Assembly (NCBI RefSeq): GCF_000400465.1
Contig: NW_008806284.1
Location: forward strand, 20,001 to 144,000
Length of the DNA stretch: 124,000 nucleotides
DNA from: Wallemia ichthyophaga EXF-994
Taxonomy: Eukaryota > Fungi > Basidiomycota
Direction of reading: 5' to 3'
Part shown: one piece after another, positions 105,252 through 117,318 of the stretch
Position numbering within the stretch: position 1 is the first letter of the stretch
Layout of the letters: the number at the start of each line of letters is the position of its first letter
The notes under the pieces: generated by a model
Database searches by the model: none
Told to the model about the DNA's origin: nothing
What the model saw: the letters and a program-made list of their open reading frames with translations, nothing else
Program-made: the position numbers and the translations under genes

Positions 105252-105671
105252 ATGTCCAATCCATCCATCTTCAAGCCAACGCCTGGCTTTCTCCTAAATC
105301 CTCCATCCCTATCAAAGAACATTACTGACCTCCCAACCATGATCCAACCCAACATCCAGTACATCAAGAATGACACAAGCAGCATACAAACTATGGATAC
105401 ACGCGACGATAACGGCTACATGTACCTCTTCGACGACAAAGCTGAGCTCAACGATTACGAGCACAATGAATCACACAAACTAATTCTTCATAAAATTTTC
105501 CCAAATAAACTCAAACCAAAGAAAGTTCAGGGCTATCAAATCAAAGAGAGCAATATGAAACTCTATCACACTCTCACCTCCATATACCCAATCGTTGATG
105601 AGGATATCAACTACACTCCCGACTCTGCACTTCAAGGCTATGACCATATGGAAAAAACACTGTGTCTGTAA
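105252..105671 (+). CDS. 139-aa orphan protein
   Basis: Intact ORF; the upstream partial paralog conserves the peptide through many synonymous changes. Confidence 0.55.
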   Translation: MSNPSIFKPTPGFLLNPPSLSKNITDLPTMIQPNIQYIKNDTSSIQTMDTRDDNGYMYLFDDKAELNDYEHNESHKLILHKIFPNKLKPKKVQGYQIKESNMKLYHTLTSIYPIVDEDINYTPDSALQGYDHMEKTLCL

Positions 105672-105696
105672 TATTATACATGTATTCAAATCTACC

Positions 105697-106581
105697 TCAC
105701 TTCCTTCTCCTCTTCTTACGAATTTCCATCATATCAGTATCAACATCCACCTCCTTCGCTGCGGTGAGTCCTGCATTTATACTCCTCCCAAGTCCCAGAA
105801 ATGGTCCCGTCATCCCTGCTGGTCCTGCCGGCATTTTCTTCTTTTTACCGTTCAAAACGCTGCTGATGGATGACGTGCCTAGAATATCCTCAAACGGCAC
105901 ACCTAAATAGCTACTGGGGGGAGCATTCAATTCGCTCTCCATTGTATTTCCATTCCCGTTAACGTTTCCACTACCACTAGTACTTCCATCTGCTTGCGTC
106001 GGTGTGCCACCTTGACTTGTGCTTGCATGACCTGATTTTCTATTGCGACTTGTGCGCGTAGATCTCGAGAAAGTGGAAGGATCAAGGAGGGAATCAGAGC
106101 CAACATCAGCGTCCTTCTCCTCCTTAAGTTTCCTCCTCTTTTCTTCAATAGCCTCGCTCAGCCTAGTTTTGATAGAGCGCTGTACGACGTCGTATTCCTC
106201 CTGTACGCGTGCCCGCTCTATCTCATACAGGGAGCGAGCCGAGTCCATTGCGTATCCGTGAGCGTGCTTCACTGCCGAAAGCTGCGCGTCACGCTCTAGA
106301 CTGAGTTCGTACAATCGGAGTGTCTGTTCGCGGCATATCATCGGTGCTCCTGTGCTGGGTGCACGTGTTGCATCGTATGCTGTCGTCGGCGTCGTTGATA
106401 GGAGGTGGTTGTGCACGTCGAGCAATCTGTTGTGTGTTTCGAGGAATATCAGGTCACGCTTCTCGTAAGTCTCCCCCGTTTGTCGGCTTAGTTTCTCCAC
106501 TAAATCCCGCCGCTTCTTATCCCGCTTCGTCTCCGGCGCTTCACTCGTCCAGCCCAGCTCGTTTCCAACTTCAGACGACAT
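105697..106581 (-). CDS. Sds3-like Sin3/Rpd3L HDAC subunit
   Basis: RDKKRRDLVEKL, coiled coil EIERARVQEEY..IKTRL..IEEKRRKLKEE, DMMEIR. Confidence 0.7.
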   Translation of the reverse strand: MSSEVGNELGWTSEAPETKRDKKRRDLVEKLSRQTGETYEKRDLIFLETHNRLLDVHNHLLSTTPTTAYDATRAPSTGAPMICREQTLRLYELSLERDAQLSAVKHAHGYAMDSARSLYEIERARVQEEYDVVQRSIKTRLSEAIEEKRRKLKEEKDADVGSDSLLDPSTFSRSTRTSRNRKSGHASTSQGGTPTQADGSTSGSGNVNGNGNTMESELNAPPSSYLGVPFEDILGTSSISSVLNGKKKKMPAGPAGMTGPFLGLGRSINAGLTAAKEVDVDTDMMEIRKKRRRK

Positions 106582-106691
106582 TGTGGTGTGTGTTGAAGGT
106601 GTGGGTGGGGAATTAAATTAATTTGATTTTCCATTTAAATTTAATCAATTATATCCATATTTACATTTCTTCTCCTTGCTTACACTCGTTC

Positions 106692-109600
106692 ATGGTCAAA
106701 CGCACTCAAATGGCAAGCATCGCATAGTTTTGGGAGATGGCTCACCTGACTCCCCCTATAGGATTCCAGCGATGGTGGCAGCGAAAGCGCCAGCGATTTC
106801 GACTATGAGGCGATGAACGCTATAGCTGAGGACAGCTATAAAGAGCCAAACGAATTCGAGGACAGCGACAGCGACAAGGATAATATGAATGTCGACAGTG
106901 AAGACGCTCAAACTCTCAAGTCAAACGGTGGTGCATTCAGAGCACCAACTAAAGACGAAGTTCAATCACTCAAAGAGACAGGAGAACTATTCAAATCAAA
107001 TCTATTCAGGCTTCAGGTGGGTCAGTGGTTTTTACGGTCGATGCGCTAAATAAGCAACCCAGATTGAATCCCTTCTCGAGGAGATACAACAGCCGTCTTC
107101 TCAGGCTGAAAGTCTGACACACGCACTACACGCTATCAGGAACCTCATAATAGATCTTAAACCCATTCCTAAATCACAGGATGGCAAATTATCAACCAAA
107201 GAAGCCAACAGCTATCTCAAAAAGCATCACCTCAGCTTGCCTCTATCCAGGGAAATCCCGCTAGACGTCAATTGGGGAGTCGGATTCGATAAACCTCACA
107301 CTGTTCAAGTTGGTGGTGCATGGCCACTTAAAACCGGCGTCAAAAGGCGGTCGAGCAAGAAGAAAGCTTGGCAAGTCACTCTCGCTGTATTCCTCCCTTC
107401 CCACCTCATCCAAGAGAAGGATCATATGAATGACAGGTGGCTCTTCAAACAAGCCTTCTACGTTACCATATTGGCTGAAGTCTTGGCAAACAGTAAGCTG
107501 GAGGTGGATGTACAAGTGACGCATGAGAATGGTTTGGAATTAGAACCGGTAATCAACATAACCGGTAAGAAGGGCAGCAAATTTATTCCCAGCAATGCAA
107601 CAATCACTATTGTCCCTGCATTAGGTCATCCTTGTCCATTCAAACCCCTCAGCAAAATATCACCTGCTAAGATTGGTTCGAAATTGAGCAATGCATTTAT
107701 CAAGCCATCATTACTAACAACTCACCTGTCGTACTTGTACAATATCGCAGAAACAGTCCCTGCTTTCAGAGACGCTGTCAAATTACTCAAAATTTGGTCA
107801 AACCAGAGAGCCCTTGAGTGGTTCTTGGAGGGTTTTAATGCTGAGTTTTTGGTTGCGCTGCTTGTTGAAGGTGATCAACATGGCAGCAAACGTGTTGGAA
107901 AAGGACTCAGCTCGTATCAGCTTTTCAAAGCAGTGATGGATCTTATAGCCCAGACTGATTTTAGTAATGTCTTCATCAAGAGTACTTCTGCCAGTGGGTT
108001 TTCACAGGAGGATTTTGTGGGTAGCTCTACTTTACTTTTCGTCGATCCTACACGCACATTTAATTTCATGGACGGTCTCTTGCCTGAGGATGTCCAAGTG
108101 ATGGCCTTCGAAGCTAAGATGACACTTGACGCACTCAGCGACGAAAGTGATAGATTTGAAGAGACATTTATGCGTGACTTGCGCAACCCCATGCCCAGAT
108201 TCGATCTGTTAGGCAAGACGACATTGCCATTGAAACTGATGAAGAAGATGAAGAAGGGTGTGAATGTAAGACAGTCCATCGCATCAATTCTCACACAGGC
108301 ACTTGGTAATCGGGTAAAAGTGATCAATTTACAAATCCACAATGACAACATAGTCATAGGGTTGATACTTGAATCTGAAATGGCTGGTAGGATGGTCGAC
108401 CATGGGCCGCCCGCCGAAGATAAAGAGGGATGTGAGCAATTCAGAGCATTCTGGGGGGAGGTGTCAGACATGAGGCGATTCAAGGATGGAAAGATAAACG
108501 AGAGTGTAGTATGGACGCAGGGAGGATCGAAAGAACACATTCCAATCCAAATTGTGAAATGGATTCTCGGACGTCATTTCCACATGGAAGGATTCACATT
108601 CATAGCTGAAGAATTCGACGGATTGCTAGACGCCGGTGCGGTAGATGGAGTTACGACATTCAACGATTTTGACACACCCCTGCAATCCTACGATGACTTC
108701 CAGAGGATGTTGCGCGACATGACCAGTCTGCCACTGGAAGTAATGAACGTTTCCCCATCTACACCCCTCCTACGCCACACATCACCATATCCACAACCCA
108801 CGCGCGATATGAACAGATTCGGTCTCACGCCTACTTCTGCGCGATACATTCCGGCAGCCGAGATGAATGTGCAGTTCGAAAGCAGTGGTAAGTGGCCAGA
108901 CGACTTGGGGGCAATCCAAGTGACGAAAGCCGCGTTCCTCGAAGCATTAGGTGAAGAGCTACAAAAAGGGGGTGAGTACACAGCGCAAGTAGTCATCGAT
109001 CACCCCCTTCCTTGCGACATAGAAGATGCGGTTTCACTAGAAGTCGTCAACGACCGAGGCTATGCATGGAAGCTACGCATCCAGCACGACAGAGAGCTGA
109101 CGCTGCTCGAGAGGAAGCTCAACGACAAGAGCGGTACGACAGACACTCAAAGACAGCATTTGAAGGGTGTGCGCGAGAGGTACATGCAGAAATTTTCCCA
109201 TAAACCCCGCCACCACCAGGCCGTGATGGCTCTCACGCACAGGTTTAAAGCCTACGCTAAGACGGTGAGGCTCGTGTCACGCTGGGTGGATGCCCATCTC
109301 CTTTCCCCTCACGTGACCCACGAGTTCGTCGAGCTAGTTGTGGCTAGTGTGTTCCTCAACAGTGGCACATACGCACCACCAGCGACAGCAGCACTCGGTT
109401 TCCTCCGCTCTGTTATGCTACTTGCAGAGTGGCAATTCAAACAAGAGCCCTTGCTCGTGCCTCTTTACACAGCGTCGCAGATGCAAGAGGAGCACGTAGA
109501 CAAGAAAGTAGTTTTCCCTGCTCGAGAACGAAGTGGAGCGGAGAAGGCGTTTGAAATACTGCGCAGAACGGATCCAGACGTCACTACGACTGCCATGTTC

Positions 109601-110236
109601 GTAGCTACAGAGCGCGATTCTTCAGGCGGAAACTTCACACATCGCAAACCAACCACCGTCGTCGCTGGCCGTTTGCAGGCTGTCGCAAAGGCTGCAATGG
109701 ATGCACTGGTGCATAAAGATGGACTGGAAGTTATGGTGCGTTAGCGTGTACTGCCGTCTTCCCTGCTAACGGTTTCGCTATAGCATCTGTTCAAATCTCC
109801 CACTCATATCTACGATTTCGTCGTCTACCTCAAACCGATTGCTAACACCCGTCTTTATCAGTCGCTCCTCGATGATAGATATAAGGCTGGGGATGTCGAT
109901 ATTTCGAATGAACCGCTCGTCGGTTTTGACCCGACTGCCTTACTCGTCGAACATCTTGAACGCGTTTATGGAGATGTACTTCTCTTTTTCCATGATAAGT
110001 GCGGTGGTTGTATAGTGGGTGCACTGTGGAATCCTACATACAACGCACCTCGCAAGTGGAAAGTTGGACTGCATTATCCAGTCAAGCCGACCGATGTGAG
110101 TGATTTTTAATCATTTCTCACCCAACTAACCACCTTTGTAGCAGGGCAAAGATGAAGTAGTCATCGACAAGCAGGCTATTATTGCAGAGATAGCTGCACT
110201 TGGTTATGACATGATGGATAGCATCGGACACGCATA
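106692..110236 (+). CDS. UTP22: U3 snoRNP protein Utp22/NOL6 (Nrap)
   Basis: SNLFRLQ, IQEKDHMNDRW, FWGEVSDMRRFKDGKINESVVW, VGFDP; several introns, the first GC-AG. Confidence 0.9.
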
Positions 110237-110276
110237 ATTTATTAGAATTAGTTTTAAAATCATGCATTCTCAACGG

Positions 110277-111525
110277 TTAAATATTACTGTAGTCAATTGG
110301 CGTTTCGTGTTTCTTGTTGTCTTGTAATTTACGCGCAGCCTTAGCAAAGTCGTCTTGTCTTACGAAGTCTCTCTCATCACGAATAGCAACCATACCAGCT
110401 TCTGTGCAGACATTACGCAAATCGGCACCATTAAAGTTCTCACAGAGTTTAGCAACCGATTCAAAGTCGATTTCACCCTCTTTATTTATATCCTTAGCGT
110501 GAATTTTGAGAATTTCAGTTCTTCCAGTTGCATTTGCGAGAGGGATAAAGATCTTTCTATCCAAACGACCAGGACGCATAAGAGCAGGATCGAGAGTATC
110601 AGGTCTGTTTGTAGCCATGATAACTTTAGTTTTACCAAGATTATCGAAACCGTCTAGCTGGTTGAGTAGCTCCATTAAAGTTCTCTGTATTTCACGATCA
110701 GCGGATGTACCTTCACTAAACCTACGGCCACCGATAGCGTCAATTTCGTCCATGAAGATGATGCAAGGCTCGTGCTCCTTGGCGTAACCGAACATTTCCC
110801 TAATGACTCTGGCTGATTCACCGATGAACTTGTCAACGATGGCAGATGAGACGACTTTGAGGAAGTTGGTTTGGAGGGTAGCAGCACATGCGCGTGCGAT
110901 TAGAGTTTTACCTGTACCAGGAGGACCGTATAAGAGGACACCTTTAGGGGGATTGATGCCAACTCTAGAGAAGAGTTCAGGGTTGTTTAGGGGTAACTCG
111001 ATGACTTCTCTGAGTTCTCTGATTTGATCAGTTAAACCACCAATACCCGCGAAAGAAGCTTCACCAGGGTTTTCCATGGACATGTTATACACCATTGGAT
111101 CAACTTCACGTGGGAGTATTCTCATGATGGTGAGTGTGGTCATGTCGAGGGAAACTCTAACACCTTGTATGAGTTTTGATTGGTTGATTGTCGGTCTAGC
111201 GTGTACAACGTATCTAGGACCGGAAGAAGCTTTAACGATGAATCTCTCGCTGTCGAGTTGCTTAAGCACTTCACCAATAATCTGACCAACAGATTGCAAC
111301 GATTTCATGTCTTCCTCTGTTTGATTGAAAGAGCCATCCATGTCTTTGATATTCCTGCGTATATTCCTCAGCCTCTCACTCAATTGCTCATGTTCTGTGA
111401 TCTTTGAGCGATATTCCCTAAGTGCATCTGCGCTGTGTGTAAGATATTTACTCTATAAAAAATCAATAAACCAACCTTCCTGTGACATTTCCTTCAGTTT
111501 TTGGTGGTATTTGGTTGAGATGCAT
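110277..111525 (-). CDS. RPT4: 26S proteasome regulatory ATPase Rpt4 (PSMC6)
   Basis: [55 protein letters not shown]. Confidence 0.95.
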
Positions 111526-111696
111526 AGCCGCGTCATCAACGGATAAAAAGTTTGAAAAGATAATTACAATATTTAGTATACTTAATTTAAGTTTAATAAC
111601 TCATTGATATTTACATTTATTCTTTGATCCATCTCCCATCTCTAATCCACCTCTTGAACAACCACCACAACCACCAATTCCCTTGATTTATAAAAT

Positions 111697-114600
111697 ATGG
111701 CCGAGCGCCCCATCCAAGTGAGATTTATAATTTATATCTTATAATCCTGTCTTACGCGTTTAAGTTCTCTGAACATTTACAACTCACTGCTCTGGGTATC
111801 AACCCCGCCAGCATCAGCTTCCAGACACTAACCATGTCCTCTGACAAGTTCATCTGTGTCCGTGAAGGCGATGGTGGGGCAACTCCAAAGCAAGTCGTTA
111901 TCGTCGATCTCAACGACATCAACAACGTTATCAGAAGGCCTATATCTGCTGATTCTGCTATTATGCATCCAGATAGAAAACTCATCGCGTTAAAAGCAGG
112001 TAAACAGCTACAGCTTTTCAACCTTGAGCTTAAGCAGAAAGTCAAATCTCACCTCTCAAACGATGACGTCGTCTACTGGTCCTGGTTGAATCAATCCACT
112101 CTGGGTCTTGTCACTGATTCATCCGTTTTTCACTGGGATATCGATGCTATCGGTGAAAATGCCCCTGTCAAAGTTTTTGATCGTCATCCAAATCTCGCCG
112201 GTTCCCAAATTATCAACTATAGATCCACTGAAGATGGTAAATGGATGGCCCTCATTGGTATTGCCAGCAACTCCAACCCAGACGGCTTTCGCATCAAGGG
112301 CGCAATGCAGCTTTACTCACGTGATAGAGGCGTTTCTCAACCAATAGAAGGTCACGCTGCTGCCTTCTCTGAACTAAAACTCGATGGAAACGCAAACCCT
112401 TCGAAGCTCTTCGCTTTCGCTGTCCGTACTGGCTCAGGCGCCAAACTTCACATTGTCGAAATTGACTACCAAAGTGGTCAAACGCCATACACAAAGAAAG
112501 CTATCGATGTCTTTTTCCCCGCCGAAGCTGCAACGGATTTCCCCGTCGCAATGCAAATATCCAAGAAATACGGCATCATCTATTTGATTACAAAGTTTGG
112601 CTTTGTTCATCTCTATGATATCGAAAACGGTGCTTGCATCTACATGAATAGAATTTCTGGTGATACCGTCTTTGTCACTGCTGAACACGAAGCCACAGAT
112701 GGTTTGATTGGTGTAAATAGAAAGGGCCAAGTTTTATCCGTTTCAATTGACGAGAATACCGTAATTCCTTACATTCTTAGCACTCTCAATAACGTTGAGT
112801 TAGCATTCAAGCTCGCAAGTCGTGGAAACCTTCCAGGTGCTGATGACTTGTATTTGGCTCAATACCAGAATCTCATGGCTAACCAACAATACAATGATGC
112901 TGCCAAGATCGCTGCTAACTCTCCACGTGGCATTCTTCGTACCCCAACCACCATTGAACAATTCAAGTCTCTTCCAGCTGTACCAGGTCAATTATCGCCT
113001 ATACTTCAATACTTTGGTATCCTTTTGGAAAAGGGCGAGCTCAACAAGTTTGAATCACTTGAGCTTTCTCGTCCTGTTCTTCAGCAAGGTCGCAAGCAAC
113101 TCCTCGAAAAGTGGTTGAAAGAGAATAAATTGGAGTGTTCTGAGGAGCTTGGTGATATTGTCCGCTTGCACGACATGACTCTTGCTCTGTCAATTTACTT
113201 ACGCGCAAACATTCCGAACAAAGTTGTTGCAAGCTTTGCAGAGACTGGTCAATTCAACAAAATTCTCGTCTACTCTCAAAAAGTCAACTACACGCCAGAT
113301 TACGCTTTGTTGATGCAGCACATTGTCCGCGTCAACCCAGACCAAGCTGCCGAATTTGCCAGTCAAATTGTCAACGATGAGGCTGGTCCAAAAATTGACA
113401 TTGAGAGGGTGGTTGATGTTTTCCTTGGTCAAAATCTCATCCAGCAAGCTACTTCCTTCTTACTGGATGCTCTTAAGGAAAACAAGCCAGAGCAGGGTCA
113501 CTTACAGACTCGCTTGTTAGAGATTAATCTCATCAACGCTCCTCAAGTAGCCGATGCTATTCTTGGAAATGCCATGTTTACTCACTTTGATCACCCACGC
113601 ATCGCAAACTTGTGTGAAAAAGCTGGTTTACTTCAACGTGCATTGGAGTTATACCAAGATACCAATGACCTCAAGCGTGTTGTCGTACATACTCCATTGC
113701 TCAATCAAGAATGGCTCGTAAATTACTTCGGTCAATTGACCGTTGATCAGACCTTTGCTTGTTTGAATGAAATGCTAAAGGTGAACATCAGACAAACGCT
113801 TCCAATGGTTGTTCAAATTGCTACAAAGTACAGCGAACTGCTTGGATCTCACAAGCTCATCGAGTTGTTTGAAAATTTCAAGACATTTGAAGGTCTTTAC
113901 TACTTCCTCGGATCAGTTGTTAACTTAAGTGAAGACTCTGAAGTTCACTTCAAGTATATTCAAGCTGCTACTCGTACCGGTCAAATTCGTGAAGTTGAGA
114001 GAATTGTTCGTGAATCCAACTTTTACAATCCAGAAAAAGTCAAAAACTTCCTGAAAGAAGTTAAGCTTCCTGATCAGCTTCCTCTTATCATCGTTTGTGA
114101 CAGATATGACTACGTCCACGATCTCGTTCTCTATCTCTTCCAAAACGGACTCACACAGTTCATTTCTACATATGTACAGCAAGTCAACTCAGCTCGTTTA
114201 CCTCAAGTTGTAGGTGGATTGTTAGATGTTGATTGTGATGAGCAAACCATCAAAAACTTGCTCTCATCTGTCTATGGGTTGTTCGATGTCAACGAGCTCG
114301 TTGATGAAGTTGAAAAGCGTAACCGCCTTAAATTGATCCTTCCTTGGCTTGAAGGACGCATCAACGCTGGTCAGGAAGATGCTGCTATTTACAATGCTTT
114401 GGCCAAGATCTACATTGACAGCAACAACAATCCAGAGCATTTCTTGAAAGAGAACAACATTTATGAACCACTCGTTGTTGGCAAATATTGTGAGAAGCGT
114501 GATCCATACCTCGCTTTCATTGCCTTCGCTAAGGGATTCTGCGATGACGAGTTGATTGCTATCACTAATGAAAATGGCATGTACAAGCACCAAGCACGCT

Positions 114601-117030
114601 ATCTCGTCAAGCGTCGTGATCTCGATCTTTGGGCTCAAGTTCTGAACGATGTCAACGAACACCGTCGTTTACTCATCGACCAAATATCGGCAGTTGCTAT
114701 TCCAGAATCGCAAAACCCAGATGATGTTTCTGTTGCAGTGAAGGCATTTATGACCGCTGGTCTGCAGCAAGAGCTCGTTGATATTCTCGAAAAAATCATT
114801 CTCAACCCAACTTCATTCAGCGACAACGGTAGCTTGCAGAACTTGCTCTTGTTAACTGCAATCAGAAGTGATCAAGGTAGAGTGATGAACTACATCAACA
114901 AGCTTCACAACTACGACTTTAACGAGATTGCCAAGATTGCGATTGACAATGACTTGCACGAAGAGGCTTTCACAGTATACAAGAAGCACGAAGCTCATCT
115001 CGAAGCACTTATCGTTCTCGTAGAGCATATCGTCTCTATCGACCGTGCCTTTGACTACACGAAAAAGATTAACGAGCCACCTCTCTGGGCTCGTCTTGCC
115101 AAAGCTCAACTCGACGGTTTAAGAATTACAGATGCGATTGAGTCTTACATCAAGGCGAACGATCCATCCAACTTTGTGGAAGTTATTGAGATGTCAGAGC
115201 GTGCTGAGAAGCATGAGGACTTGGTCAGATATTTACAAATGGCACGTAACACAGCTCGCGAGCCAAAGATTGACTCTACTCTTGTCTACTGTCTTTGCAA
115301 GACGGACAGACTTCAAGACGCCGAAGACTTCCTCCACATGACCAATGTTGCTGACGTACTTGAAGTCGGTGAGAAGTGTTTCAACGACGGTCTTTACTTG
115401 GCAGCCAAGGTTCTCTTCACCTCTATCTCCAATTACGCTAGATTGGCGACGACACTCATTTACCTCGAAGACAACCAAGCTGCAGTTGAGTGCGCTCGTA
115501 AGGCGGGCAATACACAAGTGTGGAAGCAGGTCTGTCTTGCTTGTGTTGATAAGGAAGACTTCAAATTGGCTAAGATTTGTGGTCTTAATTTGATTGTTCA
115601 CCCAGAAGAGCTCCAAGCTATCATTTCACTTTACGAGTCTCGCGGGTTATTCCAAGAAATGCTCGATCTCTTTGAGGCTGGTCTTGGTCTCGAGCGTGCC
115701 CACATGGGTCTCTTCACCGAGACTGCCATTGCATACGCTAAATATCAACCAGAGAGCATGTTTGAGCATCTGAAGTGGGTGCTATTTTCACTCTCGCGCT
115801 CAACTGACAATTATTGCAGGCTTTACGGCTCTCGTCTCAATATTCCTAAGGTCATCAAGTCCGCTAAAGAAGGACACCTCTGGTGGGTAATAAGTTACTA
115901 TTTAATGATATAACTAATTAGCAAACAGGAGAGAGCTTGTTTATCTTTACATTGCGTACGCTGAGTGGGATAACGCTGCACTCAACACTATCGAGCACAG
116001 CGCTGATGCATGGGACCACCAACAGTTCCGTGATGTACTCAGCAAGGTTGCAAATGCTGAGATATTCTACAAAGCACTTTCATTTTATCAGGAGCAGCAC
116101 CCAACGCTTCTGACAGACCTTTTAACAGCTCTCATTTCACGTATCGATCACTCGAGAGTAGTGTCAATGTTTAGACAATCAGACAACTTGCCATTGGTAC
116201 GAGCATACTTGATTGCAGTGCAGAACTTGGATGTTGCAGCTGTTAATGAGGCTGTTCATGATTTGTTGATTGAAGAGGAAGACTACCAGACGCTATTGGA
116301 TGTTATTGATCAATACCAAAGCTTCGATCAGCTTGGTTTAGCTGCAAGATTGGAACAGCATGAGCTGTTAGCTTTTAGAAGAATAGCAGCACATCTTTAC
116401 AAAGTCAACAAAAAGTACGAAGAATCTATCAACCTCTCTAAGAGCGATAAGCTTTACGTCGATGCTATACAGACCGCATCTACAAGTGAAGATGTTCAGG
116501 TATCAGAAGATTTATTGACTTATTGGGTTGATATTGGCAACAAAGAACTCTTCACCGCTCACTTATACCTTTGCTTTAAGCTGGTGAGACCGGATATCGT
116601 CGAGGAGTTGGCGTGGTTCAATGGACTCGAAGACTTTGCTAAACCATATCAATTTGAGTTGAGGAGACAGACTCAAGATCGTATCAAAGCACTTGAGAAA
116701 AAGGTCCAAGAGCAGGCTACTAAGTCTGCCAAGAAGGAGGAAGATGAAGATTCACAGCCAATTATGGGACCAGGATTTAATGTGAGTTTGCGTGACTGCT
116801 ACGGTGGATTCTCTGACAAAACGCATTAGCAAACGCTCATGATTGGTGGTCCATCAGGATGGAATGGTGCTAACGGGGTGACTCCTCAACAAACAGGTCT
116901 GATGCCTCAAGGTACTGGCATGATGCCACAGGGCACCGGTATGATGCCTCAAGCGACTGGATATCAAGGAGGTGTAAGTGGTGATAGTGTTGTGTGTCTT
117001 AGCTGACGGTGATCATAGTTTGGATACTAA
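111697..117030 (+). CDS. CHC1: Clathrin heavy chain
   Basis: [54 protein letters not shown]; multi-exon. Confidence 0.98.
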
Positions 117031-117318
117031 AATGACTACAAAAGCTGATTTTTACTGAACTACTAAACAATATGTAAAATACATAACATCATTTCTGTTT
117101 CATCCGTGTGTCCGTCTCGTGAATGAAATGAAAATCGCAGGCCTGTGCGCCAAAAAAGGGTTGTGCAGCTGCAGGGCAAGAAAGAGAGGGCAGTATTCGA
117201 TAACTAGCTGCATCAATCAAACACCTTTCTCATTGTAACTTCTTGTGTATTATTCCACCCGCGTTACTCCGATTGAGCTGTGAACTGACTTTCTTCGTAA
117301 CCACCATCACCATCACTT

